A stretch of 22,977 nucleotides of DNA from an uncultured virus (IMG/VR IMGVR_UViG_3300027747_004168). Taxonomy: Duplodnaviria; Heunggongvirae; Uroviricota; Caudoviricetes. Positions 7,899 through 16,361 of the stretch are shown here, in pieces; position 1 is the stretch's first letter, and every line of letters starts with the position of its first letter. The notes beneath the pieces are model-generated. The model made no database searches and was not told the DNA's origin. It saw only the letters and a list, made by a program, of their open reading frames with translations. Made by a program: the position numbers and the translations under genes. The stretch lies in the IMG/VR virus record IMGVR_UViG_3300027747_004168, one strand, 5' to 3'.

Positions 7899-8276
7899 TC
7901 ACCCCCAGATTCGGCGTGCCAAACCTAGGGCGAAAATCACCTTGCCGAGGGCGTTTCTCCTGCAGGATGCCGTCCTTTCGGCGTAGAAGTTCCGGAACTG
8001 CCCGTTGGGCATCTCGCAGGTCACGATCGTTTCTGTCCTGTGGAAGTCAGAGTCCCACTCCCTGTACCTGCTTTGGGCGTCAAGCCGTGCGATGTCCTGC
8101 TTGGTTAATTTCTTCACGGATACCACCCTCGCCAAATGCCTTGTGGTATCGCCGGATACGGGCTGCTGGTATTCGAAGTTGTACACCTGGCCGATCTTGG
8201 CCTCCGACAGGTTGTTGACGATCATGGTTCTGTTCCTTTCGTGTTTCTGGTAGGCGGGATTGTATTTCAGCGCCAT
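7899..8276 (-). CDS. Hypothetical beta-rich protein, possibly WYL/SH3-like
   Basis: C-terminal part of ORF 7899..8753, from MALKYNP (8276) or MIVNN. Pattern VYNFEY...TTRHLARV...GQFRNFYAER. The fold guess is weak. Confidence 0.6.
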   Translation of the reverse strand: MALKYNPAYQKHERNRTMIVNNLSEAKIGQVYNFEYQQPVSGDTTRHLARVVSVKKLTKQDIARLDAQSRYREWDSDFHRTETIVTCEMPNGQFRNFYAERTASCRRNALGKVIFALGLARRIWG

Positions 8277-9238
8277 GGCCTCGTCAACGCCGCCTTCATG
8301 TTTTCCGCGATCCTCCTGACAAGGGGTACGACAACTGCGTTGCCCGCCTGCTTGTAGATGTGGATGTCGGAGGTCTTGATGAAGAAGTTGTCCGGGAAGC
8401 CCTGAAGCCTGAGGCATTCTCCGGGCGTCAACTTCCTGATTCCGAAGTCGTCCCTGATGACAGGCACGTTGTGTCCGCCGCCACCCATGTTTGCGGTGAG
8501 TGTCGGGCATACGCCGTTCTTGTTCTCTCTCATGTACACCCTTCTCATCTGGTAGACGCTTGAGTTGACCATGGCCTTGTCCATCATTTCGTAGCAGCGA
8601 CTTTCGGTGGTGTAGTAGTACTTGTCGTCCTGTCTCTCGCCTCTGTTGAATATTTTCTCCAATGTGTTCGTCAGCGGTATCCCCGAGGGGAAGTCGAAGC
8701 TTGCCAGGACGCTCTCGTCCAGGAAGCCGACGATGAACATTCGCTCCCTGCACTGCGGCACGTTTCCGTGTGTGTGTCCCCCGAGGACCTCATGTTTGAT
8801 GTTGTAGCCGCAGTCGCGGAGGTGCTCGAGGATCACCTCGAAGTCCTTGCCGTGGTTGGTCGACTGGATGTTCTTGACGTTCTCCAGGAGTATGGCGTCG
8901 GGTCTCTTCTCCTTGAGGACTCGCACGATGTCGAAGAACAGGGTTCCCCTGACGTCTGCTAGACCGCCCCTCCTTCCTGCGAGCGAGTAGGGCTGGCAGG
9001 GGAAGCCGCCTGCGAACACGTCGAAGTCGGGGATGTCCTTCGGGTCAACCTGCCTTATGTCTCCCTCGTGCAGGTTGACCTCGGGATGGTTGGGTCTGTA
9101 GTTCTCGCACGCCTTCTTGTCGAACTCGTTCGCGTAGACGACATCGAAGCCGGCCTGCTTGAATCCGTAGCATATGCCGCCGATTCCTGCGAAGAAGGAC
9201 GCGACCCTGATCTTGGGCTCTATTGGGCGAGGGTTCAA
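8267..9238 (-). CDS. C5-cytosine DNA methyltransferase 3
   Basis: ASFFAGIGG, GGFPCQPYS, LLENV, PQCRER, QAGNAV; target recognition domain with CPTLTANMGGGGHNVP. The TTG start overlaps the upstream TGA. Confidence 0.95.
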   Translation of the reverse strand: MNPRPIEPKIRVASFFAGIGGICYGFKQAGFDVVYANEFDKKACENYRPNHPEVNLHEGDIRQVDPKDIPDFDVFAGGFPCQPYSLAGRRGGLADVRGTLFFDIVRVLKEKRPDAILLENVKNIQSTNHGKDFEVILEHLRDCGYNIKHEVLGGHTHGNVPQCRERMFIVGFLDESVLASFDFPSGIPLTNTLEKIFNRGERQDDKYYYTTESRCYEMMDKAMVNSSVYQMRRVYMRENKNGVCPTLTANMGGGGHNVPVIRDDFGIRKLTPGECLRLQGFPDNFFIKTSDIHIYKQAGNAVVVPLVRRIAENMKAALTRPWR

Positions 9239-10209
9239 GCGACCACCCCCATCAGGCTATTCGCCAGGTGGAAGGCGAGCCTCACGGGCACGGCGTTGCC
9301 TATCTGCTTGTACTTCTGGGAGACGGACCCGCAGAACTCGTAGGCGTCCGAGAACGTCTGTATCCGCGCGTACTCCCTGACGGTCAGCGGCCTCGTCTCT
9401 AGAGGGTGGCACCTGTCCGTCTGTTTCTGGGACGGGCTTGTGAGGAGCGTGAGCGAGGGCTGGTCCATGCTTAGCCTCCTTGCGAAACCCCTCATCCCGC
9501 CTCCGGATTTGAGGGCGTTCCCCATGTACTCTCTCTTCACGCCCTCTGGCAGGTCCACCCAGCATCCGCCCTCCGGGACCAGCTCCATGACCTTTCTCTT
9601 CTTCTCTGAGTACTGGATTCCCTCGCTGGGCGGCACGTCTTTCAGAGCGTCACGCAGCAACATTTTTTTGGACGTCGGCGCAGGGAATTCGTACTCTGTC
9701 TCTATGTCCTCCCGGACGCCGACGATTATCATCCGCTCGCGTCGCTGTGGCACCTCGTAGTCCGCGGCGTTCATCACCTTGTGGAGAACCCTGTACTTTC
9801 CTTCGTTGTGGAGGAGCTCGAGTACGGAACGCAGCGTCTCGCCCTTGTTGTGCGTTGCCAGGCCTCTTACATTCTCGACGAGGAAGGCCTTGGGGAGGCA
9901 CTCCATGAGGAGTCGGCTGAAGTCCAGTATCAGCCTGCCGCGGGGGTCTTCGAATCCCCTCCTCTCGCCGGCCTGGCTGAACGCCTGGCAGGGGACGCCC
10001 CCGATGAGAAGGTCGGGCCGCAGGCCTTCGAGAGACAGCAGCTCCATTCCGCACTCCCTGACCATGTCGCCGTGGGAGGGGTGGTTCCTGCGCAGGGTGG
10101 CGCAGCAGGATTTGTCTATCTCGTTTATCAAAAGGGGTTTAAAGCCGGCCTCGATGAACCCGGTACCAAGCCCCCCGCACCCCGCACAAACCTCCACGAA
10201 AGTCGGCAT
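9235..10209 (-). CDS. C5-cytosine DNA methyltransferase 4
   Basis: EVCAGCGG, GGVPCQAFS, LVENV, PQRRER, QIGNAV; target recognition domain with ARRLSMDQPSLTLLTSPSQKQTDRCHP. Confidence 0.95.
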   Translation of the reverse strand: MPTFVEVCAGCGGLGTGFIEAGFKPLLINEIDKSCCATLRRNHPSHGDMVRECGMELLSLEGLRPDLLIGGVPCQAFSQAGERRGFEDPRGRLILDFSRLLMECLPKAFLVENVRGLATHNKGETLRSVLELLHNEGKYRVLHKVMNAADYEVPQRRERMIIVGVREDIETEYEFPAPTSKKMLLRDALKDVPPSEGIQYSEKKRKVMELVPEGGCWVDLPEGVKREYMGNALKSGGGMRGFARRLSMDQPSLTLLTSPSQKQTDRCHPLETRPLTVREYARIQTFSDAYEFCGSVSQKYKQIGNAVPVRLAFHLANSLMGVVA

Positions 10210-10216
10210 CGCACAT

Positions 10217-10244
10217 ATTCTAGTTTTGTGCCGAGTTTTGGCAA
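10217..10244 (-). promoter_or_regulatory. Sigma70-type promoter of MTase pair 3/4, probably leaderless
   Basis: TTGCCA-N16-TAGAAT, 7 nt before the ATG at 10209. Confidence 0.6.
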
Positions 10245-10277
10245 TATCAGAATCTAGTCAAATGCGATATATAAGAG

Positions 10278-10451
10278 ATGCGGGTTGTGAAGGTCGACTC
10301 CAGCTGCTATTTGGTGGAATGGAAGTACAGGGACTTCCTTCGGATAGGTTACGAGTTCCAAGGGGGGACGATAGTAAGGTTGGAGAAGTTCGACCACTTC
10401 GGGTCCGACTACATACGGGTTTTTTTGGAGCCTGCGCACAACAAAATTTGA
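10278..10451 (+). CDS. Small hypothetical protein (57 aa)
   Basis: Hand translation MRVVKVDSSCYLVEWKYRDFLRIGYEFQGGTIVRLEKFDHFGSDYIRVFLEPAHNKI; TATATA-N4-ATG upstream. Confidence 0.6.
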   Translation: MRVVKVDSSCYLVEWKYRDFLRIGYEFQGGTIVRLEKFDHFGSDYIRVFLEPAHNKI

Positions 10452-10493
10452 AGATTCCACCTATATAAGGGTCAAATTCAAAAGGAGAAAAAA

Positions 10494-11153
10494 ATGATCA
10501 CTTTCGGCCAGTTTCTCGAGCACAAGCACAACGACCTCGTCGTCAAGGAATGCACCCACCTCATGGTGGAGATGGAGATCGACCCCTATGTGTACATCTA
10601 CGAGTCGCTGAAGGAGATCGACCCCGTCCTCGCCGAGGGCTGGTGGGACGGCGTGAAGCAGTTCGCCGGCAACGCCTGGAATGCCGCCAAGCAGGTCGGC
10701 AAGGGCGTATGGGACGGAGGCGGGCTGAAGCACGGCCTCAGGCAGGCCGCGGACACGCTCGCCGGGCCGGTCTCCAAGTTCGACGCGGCGGAACGGGCGC
10801 TTGGGGATCTGGTGAAACTCCTGAACAACGACGAAAGGTTCCAGGACAAGTTTAAATCCAGCACTGGACAGGGTTCAGTCGGCCAGTATCTTGCAGGCGT
10901 TCTTGAGTCCTTGAAAAAGGACAAGGAGGCGGTTCCGCAGATGATGAACGCGCAGGTCAAGCAGGATTACGGCACGAGAAAGGATGTTGACGATCAGAAG
11001 TCGGCCGCGGCCGCAGCCAAGGCAGGCGGGGCCGCACAGCCCGCCCCAACAATGGACATGTCGAAGTTGGGCGGAGCGAACCAAGCCGCTCCCCAAACTA
11101 ACCAGCCGGCGCAGAAGAGGAGCTGGGAAACAAGAATGTCCGGCCAAGGCTGA
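10494..11153 (+). CDS. Hypothetical protein with N-terminal tag (candidate virion internal protein)
   Basis: 219 aa, MITFGQFLEHK...LAEGWWDGVKQFAGNAWNAAKQVG; AAGGAG SD and TATATA (10462-10467) upstream; Ala/Gln-rich tail. Confidence 0.85.
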   Translation: MITFGQFLEHKHNDLVVKECTHLMVEMEIDPYVYIYESLKEIDPVLAEGWWDGVKQFAGNAWNAAKQVGKGVWDGGGLKHGLRQAADTLAGPVSKFDAAERALGDLVKLLNNDERFQDKFKSSTGQGSVGQYLAGVLESLKKDKEAVPQMMNAQVKQDYGTRKDVDDQKSAAAAAKAGGAAQPAPTMDMSKLGGANQAAPQTNQPAQKRSWETRMSGQG

Positions 11154-11231
11154 TCGACACGGATTTGCTTGCGGGGCATGCGTTCGAGGCAATTGCAAAG
11201 TAAGACAAGTCCGCACTTTGGGAGTGACTTT

Positions 11232-11450
11232 TCAGATTTTTTTGGCTCTTTTCTTGAGCCACGCTGAGAACTTCCGATTCTTTGCCCTGTTGGGCAGGCC
11301 TTTGTGTTTTGTCTTGGCGAAGTCTTTGGCCGCCTTCTTAGTCATGTTGTCGGCCATCTTCTCTATTTCGGGACTGGCGCAGTTTCCCGTCTTCTGGCAG
11401 GCGTGAACCATTCCGAATAGCCTCTGCTGGGATTTTGACCTGGACGGCAT
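11232..11450 (-). CDS. Small basic protein, DUF3008-like
   Basis: MPSRSKSQQRLFGMVHA...MTKKAAKDFAKTKHKGLP resembles the DUF3008 pattern; AAGGAG SD. Confidence 0.75.
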   Translation of the reverse strand: MPSRSKSQQRLFGMVHACQKTGNCASPEIEKMADNMTKKAAKDFAKTKHKGLPNRAKNRKFSAWLKKRAKKI

Positions 11451-11492
11451 TGTTTTCTCCTTGTTTCATCTATTCATTGCTTTTTGTCGTTT

Positions 11493-11582
11493 TTAGGCTC
11501 CGCTCTCGATGATCCTTCTGCAATCGGGGCAAATTTCATTTTTGTCCGTCGTCTTTGTCTTGCAGAAGGTACAGACCGCCAT
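11493..11582 (-). CDS. 29-aa zinc-ribbon-like microprotein
   Basis: Hand translation MAVCTFCKTKTTDKNEICPDCRRIIESGA (CxxC-x10-CxxC). The ATG lies 2 nt after the upstream stop, with an AAGGA SD. Confidence 0.6.
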   Translation of the reverse strand: MAVCTFCKTKTTDKNEICPDCRRIIESGA

Positions 11583-11584
11583 TT

Positions 11585-14128
11585 TCATTCCTTGTATTTG
11601 TCGTATACATCCTTCAGTGGCGGGCCGCTCTTTGAGTGGAAGGCCTTTGATCTGACTGCCTCTTTCACCCTTTCCTCTCCGACTGCGTCTATGACCCCTT
11701 GTTTGTCGGGTGCGAAGGCGAAGATGGAGAGGAAGTCAAAGTTTTTGAGTTTTATGTTCTTGAGCGTGAATTCAATCAGCTTCTGCAGGTCGTCGGAATC
11801 CAGCTTCAGGTCGCCAAACAAATACGACAAATAGTCGTCTGCCTTTGACACTATTTTTTTTGCTGCGGACAGTTTGTCCGGTGCGTGTTTTATGAGTTTG
11901 AGCACATAAGTCCAATTTTCACCTCGATCCCATTTGAATTCTTTTTTGTCGTTTGCAATTTTGTCCGCGACCATTGTCTTCTGTTCTTCGTCCAAGCGGT
12001 CGCTGTCCATGATTTGGCTGATTTCATGGGGTCTCAGCTCGTTTGCGTCTATTTTTTCAAGGGCCTTCTTTTTGTCCTTTGCGGATATCAGGAGGGAGAC
12101 CATGTTTTTGTGGGACAAATTTGCGTGTATGTCGGCGAATTCGTCGGAAGCTCCCGGCTCCGACAGTCTCAGAACCATGTCGGCATCCTGTTCGGGGATT
12201 TTTTCCAATATCTTCTCGCCCAATATGTCTAGAATCCTCCTCTTTTGGGATGCCATGAGGAACAGGGATGCTATGGGGTTGTGGCCGTGTCTGGTCGTTG
12301 TCCAGTTCAGCAATTCCTCCTTGTTGTCCTCTGCGATTCGCTCCGCGAGCTTCTGTCTCTTTTCGCCCCTTAATTTGTTGAAGAAGTCTCCGCTGAACTG
12401 TCCGAAATAAAATTTCCCCACATCTCCTGGGTATATTCCGGAAAAGACGCCCTTCTTCTTAAGAAGAATATCCAGGGTCTTTTCTGGGTCGCTTGACTTG
12501 GTCACTAGATCGAAGGTCAGGGATCCGAGTGGTTTATCAAGGTGGCTGTTGATCACGCCCAGTATGACATTTTCTTTGTCTTTTGTTGTCGCCAGGATTC
12601 TGGCGAGTGAGCTGGCGTCCAAATTCGCGTGATTCTTGAAGATTTCATCTGATGCGGCCGGGTTGTGTGTGGAGTTCCATATTGAATGGAGGGTTTCCTT
12701 GTCTAGGACGCTAACTCTGTTGCCGAGCATCTTGATGATTTTTTCGGGACTCGGCGCGTGCCTTATGAGTGCATTGATGTCCTCGGGGCTGAGGTCTTTT
12801 TTGCTGGAGATGATCATTTCCGCGATCTTTTGATCTTCGTTCCTGAACTCTGGTCTTATATGGTAATTGGGCTTTATTTCCTCGTACTCGCCTTCCCATT
12901 CCTCGTCCTCGTCCTCGTGCTCTTCACCGTACTCGTCTACCCAGGCCCTCACTTTCTTTTTCATCCCGTCTAGCAAATGTATTATATTTTCCGTTGATAT
13001 TGAACTAAGGTCTACTATGCCTGGTCTGGTGAGCATTATGCTTTTCTCGCTGTTCGTCAGTTTCAGTGGCGTGTCGCTCCTTCCCGCCATGTTCTTTATT
13101 TTTTCTAGCGTTACTTCCACATAGCGTCTTTCTAGTTTTGTGCCCTTGATCAATTCGTACTGTTTATCGGTGAGTCCGACTCCGAATCCGATGTACTTGT
13201 TCTTGAGGTCCTCGGGCAGACTGGCGAACTGTTTGTCCGTCAGCCCACGGTCAAGCCTCACATATATGTCCATGTAGCGATTCTTTCGCTCGTACGGGAG
13301 TTTGGCGAACTTTTCGTCGCTGATGCCGCCGGAGAATTCCTTGTGATCCTGGCGTTCTTCCTGGGACAGGGCCACATTCTTGAATACCTCCTCAAGACCC
13401 GAGAGACTATTGTCTATTGCGGTTATCTCCCGCCACGACATGGGGTTGTCTCCGTCGTTGTTCGCGCTTGTTACGACATACTGTTTTCTTTCCGCGTCCT
13501 TGGGGTCGGCTCCTTTTATTACTTGGATCACGAAGAAGTGATACGGGTCCTTGAATCTGCCTTCGAAGCTGGTCTTGACCAGGTTCCAAAGTTTGAATTC
13601 CTCTTGTGTCTTTTTCTTGTTCTTTACGAAGTAGAAAGAGGGCTCGTTTTGTTTGAACCTGTAGGCGTGGTAGAGATTGCTCGCGTCGTTGCGGGCCACG
13701 CACCAGCCGTACGGTATGTTGCCCTTGTATTTGATGCACGCCCGGGGGCTGTCTGCGTGGTAGATGACAATTGATTCATTTTCGAATACGGGTTTGGCAT
13801 CCACCTCTACATCCTTGAAGTTGACTTTTCCGCTGAAGTCGACTTGTCCCTTGACATGATCCACGACGGCCTCTAGCTCTTCAAATGTCGGATATGCGTC
13901 TATGTTGTTTCTCTTGTTTGTCGGGACGCTTACGCTGGGCAGGGGGTCGTATATTTGCTTGTATTTTTTTGTTACTATGGTCTTGAACTCGTCTATGTAT
14001 TTTCTTACGGCCTCTCTGTTGGCATGTGGGTTTGCCTTGACGAACTTTTCAAGGGCGGTCTTGTAGTCTTCGTTAAGAGTGACGAGTTCTTTGTTTTCAA
14101 ACCATATTCTGAAGTTCATTTTATTCAT
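11585..14128 (-). CDS. Large (~847 aa) hypothetical protein with N-terminal tag, acidic patch and helical repeats
   Basis: Probable start MNKMNFRIWFENKE (14128, or 14119). Features ACIKY...WCVAR...SFYFV, the acidic DEYGEEHEDEDEEWEGEYEE, and repeated units (HANL..., LIRHAPSP, LIKHAPDK, FAFAPDK). Confidence 0.85.
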   Translation of the reverse strand: MNKMNFRIWFENKELVTLNEDYKTALEKFVKANPHANREAVRKYIDEFKTIVTKKYKQIYDPLPSVSVPTNKRNNIDAYPTFEELEAVVDHVKGQVDFSGKVNFKDVEVDAKPVFENESIVIYHADSPRACIKYKGNIPYGWCVARNDASNLYHAYRFKQNEPSFYFVKNKKKTQEEFKLWNLVKTSFEGRFKDPYHFFVIQVIKGADPKDAERKQYVVTSANNDGDNPMSWREITAIDNSLSGLEEVFKNVALSQEERQDHKEFSGGISDEKFAKLPYERKNRYMDIYVRLDRGLTDKQFASLPEDLKNKYIGFGVGLTDKQYELIKGTKLERRYVEVTLEKIKNMAGRSDTPLKLTNSEKSIMLTRPGIVDLSSISTENIIHLLDGMKKKVRAWVDEYGEEHEDEDEEWEGEYEEIKPNYHIRPEFRNEDQKIAEMIISSKKDLSPEDINALIRHAPSPEKIIKMLGNRVSVLDKETLHSIWNSTHNPAASDEIFKNHANLDASSLARILATTKDKENVILGVINSHLDKPLGSLTFDLVTKSSDPEKTLDILLKKKGVFSGIYPGDVGKFYFGQFSGDFFNKLRGEKRQKLAERIAEDNKEELLNWTTTRHGHNPIASLFLMASQKRRILDILGEKILEKIPEQDADMVLRLSEPGASDEFADIHANLSHKNMVSLLISAKDKKKALEKIDANELRPHEISQIMDSDRLDEEQKTMVADKIANDKKEFKWDRGENWTYVLKLIKHAPDKLSAAKKIVSKADDYLSYLFGDLKLDSDDLQKLIEFTLKNIKLKNFDFLSIFAFAPDKQGVIDAVGEERVKEAVRSKAFHSKSGPPLKDVYDKYKE

Positions 14129-14256
14129 GGCTGTTTTTTCGTGGGACCATCTTGAACTCAACGGAAAATCTGAAGGTGGTTCCCGTGGCCTCCGACGCCA
14201 AGCATTTCTATTTAGAGGCATTTTTTTCTTTTTGGGGTGTTTTGAATAGATATTGC

Positions 14257-15123
14257 ATGCTTAACTTCATTGAATTCGCGAAGGAAAAATCCAAAAAGAA
14301 AGTCGTTTTAATTGTAGGCTCCGCCCGAAGCCCCGAATGCTGCCCGGACGAGAAGAGCAAGACCCACAAGATCGCGGACTTCATCAGGGAAGGCTTCTCG
14401 GACTCCGTGTCCTTCGAGGTCGTCGACCTGTCCGTCAAGTGCGACGGGGTGACTGTCCAGCCCTGCAAGGGGTGCGTCAGCACGAGCGCGTTCCACTGCC
14501 ATTGGCGTTGCGACTGCTACAACAAGAAGGACGACCCGAACGACCTCATGCACAAGGAGGACGTCTACAGGAAGCTCGAGGAGTGCGACGGCTTCTTCGT
14601 GTTGACCCCCATAAACTGGAGCTCGTGTACCAGCGTCGTGAAGAGTTTCTTCGACAGGCTGGTCTGCGCGAGCCTTACGATCACGGCAGAGGAGGCGGAG
14701 GAACTGATGGACGGCGATGTCAAAGACTCCGCGAAGAGCAGGGGTCTGGAGGAATCCGGCAAGTACAACGGGATGCTCAAGAATCATCTCGAGGGTAAGA
14801 GGGCCGGTTTCTTCGCGCACGGGAACGAGGGCGGATCCGACTACATGGAGTTCGCCAAGAACAAGAGGAAGATGCTCCCCGTGATTCCAGACAGCCTCGC
14901 CGACTACGAGGACAGGCATGGACGGGAGGACGTCTCCGCTCTCCTGGACCCGCTCGTCAGGCAGTGCGTGTACTCCGGCATCCACGTCGACGACTGCTGC
15001 GTCCGGGTGGTGACCTACGGATTCGGCATCTCCTACGGGGAAGTCAACGACCTGTTCGATAGGGAGACCAAGTTGAAGGAGGAGGCGGCGGAGGTGTTCT
15101 CCAACTTCGTGGAGAGGCTCTAG
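14257..15123 (+). CDS. Flavodoxin-fold NAD(P)H-dependent FMN reductase / iron-sulfur flavoprotein family
   Basis: IVGSAR...SKT, PCKGCVSTSAFHCHWRCDCY, LTPINW...KSFFDRL. Probable start MLNFIEFAKE at 14257 with TAGATA-N4-ATG. Confidence 0.85.
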   Translation: MLNFIEFAKEKSKKKVVLIVGSARSPECCPDEKSKTHKIADFIREGFSDSVSFEVVDLSVKCDGVTVQPCKGCVSTSAFHCHWRCDCYNKKDDPNDLMHKEDVYRKLEECDGFFVLTPINWSSCTSVVKSFFDRLVCASLTITAEEAEELMDGDVKDSAKSRGLEESGKYNGMLKNHLEGKRAGFFAHGNEGGSDYMEFAKNKRKMLPVIPDSLADYEDRHGREDVSALLDPLVRQCVYSGIHVDDCCVRVVTYGFGISYGEVNDLFDRETKLKEEAAEVFSNFVERL

Positions 15124-15305
15124 AGGCTTTTCTGGACTTCCTTGAGAAGGCGCCTGAACAGCCTCTCCCTCTCCAGTTCGGCCTGTTCCTCGCTTCTGAT
15201 AACGAACTTGGTCTCGTTTGACCGCGAGAAATCCGACATTGCCTCCGACTTGATCTTTTGGCTTGGTGTCTCAAGTGCTAAAACAACAAATGCTTCGACA
15301 ATCAT
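15120..15305 (-). CDS. Small hypothetical protein (61 aa)
   Basis: MIVEAFVVLALETPSQK...LFRRLLKEVQKSL fills the gap; its stop overlaps the stop of the convergent gene. Confidence 0.5.
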   Translation of the reverse strand: MIVEAFVVLALETPSQKIKSEAMSDFSRSNETKFVIRSEEQAELERERLFRRLLKEVQKSL

Positions 15306-15327
15306 GGAATATAGGAGTACATGCACC

Positions 15328-16146
15328 ATGCGATTGAAAATCATCGTCCCGGCTCTGGCTTCCGTCGTGCTGGTCGGGTTCCTGCTTTCATTGAGGTTGC
15401 ACAGGTCGGAGAGTTGCGAGGCGGTGGAGGTGTCGCTGTCCGAGCCGTATTTGAGGGCCCTAGCGTCTCTCGGGAGGAAGTCCAGTTTCGAGTCGATCGT
15501 CGCCGCGGGCGGAGGCTCTCTGGTGGAGCGGTCGTGGGACGAGTTCAAGTTCGATCTAGGAAGGGTTCCGAGGCTTTCGACATGGGAGGTGCGAGGCCAT
15601 GGAAAATTCAAGGTGCGTTCGCAGGCGAGGGATTTCTCCGGCGAGATGGAGCTGATGCAGGACGTCGAGGCGGACAAGCACGGCATAGAGGTGTCCAGCC
15701 GACTTGCCCGACCGTGCGGGTTCGTGAAGGCCTACGAAACGAAGACCTCGATTCGAAACGAAACTCCCGTGGCCTTTCGGGTGGAGAACAGGATCGTGTA
15801 CGAGAGGCTCATCCCTTTCTGGATGGCGGACGATGTGGACAATCTCGTTCGGGATCACAACAAAAAGAAGGTCGAGGCCGTCGCCGAGGTGATCAGGTCG
15901 ATTGTTGAGGGAGACGCTCCTTCGCGCTATCCGGCGAACACCGCGCACCAGTATTTTCTGCCCCTGCTGTCTTCTTTGACCCCGAAGCCCGCCCTTCTGA
16001 ACCGCCCCGTGAGTATGTTCTGCCTGTGCGGCGGGCTATTCATCCAAGAGGAGAAGGCTTGCTCGTCGGTTTCCTGCCCCCATGCGATGTTTTCTCCGAC
16101 ATTGCCGTTATCCGCAGCCTCGGCGAGATTCGACATGGACGAGTGA
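15328..16146 (+). CDS. Membrane-anchored or exported hypothetical protein
   Basis: Probable start MRLKIIVPALASVVLVGFLLSL (signal or anchor). The last ~73 codons overlap the CAP gene on the opposite strand. Confidence 0.65.
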   Translation: MRLKIIVPALASVVLVGFLLSLRLHRSESCEAVEVSLSEPYLRALASLGRKSSFESIVAAGGGSLVERSWDEFKFDLGRVPRLSTWEVRGHGKFKVRSQARDFSGEMELMQDVEADKHGIEVSSRLARPCGFVKAYETKTSIRNETPVAFRVENRIVYERLIPFWMADDVDNLVRDHNKKKVEAVAEVIRSIVEGDAPSRYPANTAHQYFLPLLSSLTPKPALLNRPVSMFCLCGGLFIQEEKACSSVSCPHAMFSPTLPLSAASARFDMDE

Positions 16147-16361
16147 ACGAGCCGTCCCGAAGAGGCCATCCGTTCCGCGTGTTTCTGGGCGTAGGCGTGG
16201 AGGCCGTCGTCGAGAGACAGCTCTGCGAGTCCTTTTCTCCGCCTCTCCCTGTTGTGTTCGGCGAGCATTCCTGAGGAGGCCTTGAAAATCTTTCCCGGAA
16301 CGCCGACGCAGACCGCGGCCAGGACGGCCACTATTGCGCAGAGCGCAAGCCTTCTTCTCAT
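15927..16361 (-). CDS. Exported CAP (SCP/PR-1) domain protein
   Basis: Signal-like MRRRLALCAIVAVLAAVCVG; HNRER, AQKHAERMA, HS, GENIAWG, WMNSPPHRQNIL, YWCAVF. ATGA-coupled to the thioredoxin gene. Confidence 0.92.
   Translation of the reverse strand: MRRRLALCAIVAVLAAVCVGVPGKIFKASSGMLAEHNRERRRKGLAELSLDDGLHAYAQKHAERMASSGRLVHSSMSNLAEAADNGNVGENIAWGQETDEQAFSSWMNSPPHRQNILTGRFRRAGFGVKEDSRGRKYWCAVFAG

Noticed and set aside
11514..11568. Inverted repeat CCTTCTGCAA/TTGCAGAAGG as a terminator or ncRNA
   Set aside because: Long loop and no adjoining U-tract. It lies within the zinc-ribbon micro-ORF and could be coincidental.
14158..14205. 15-codon ORF directly after TAAATA upstream of the 847-aa gene
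   Set aside because: Too short and featureless to support, and the spacing (N3) differs from the other cases. Treated as leader sequence.
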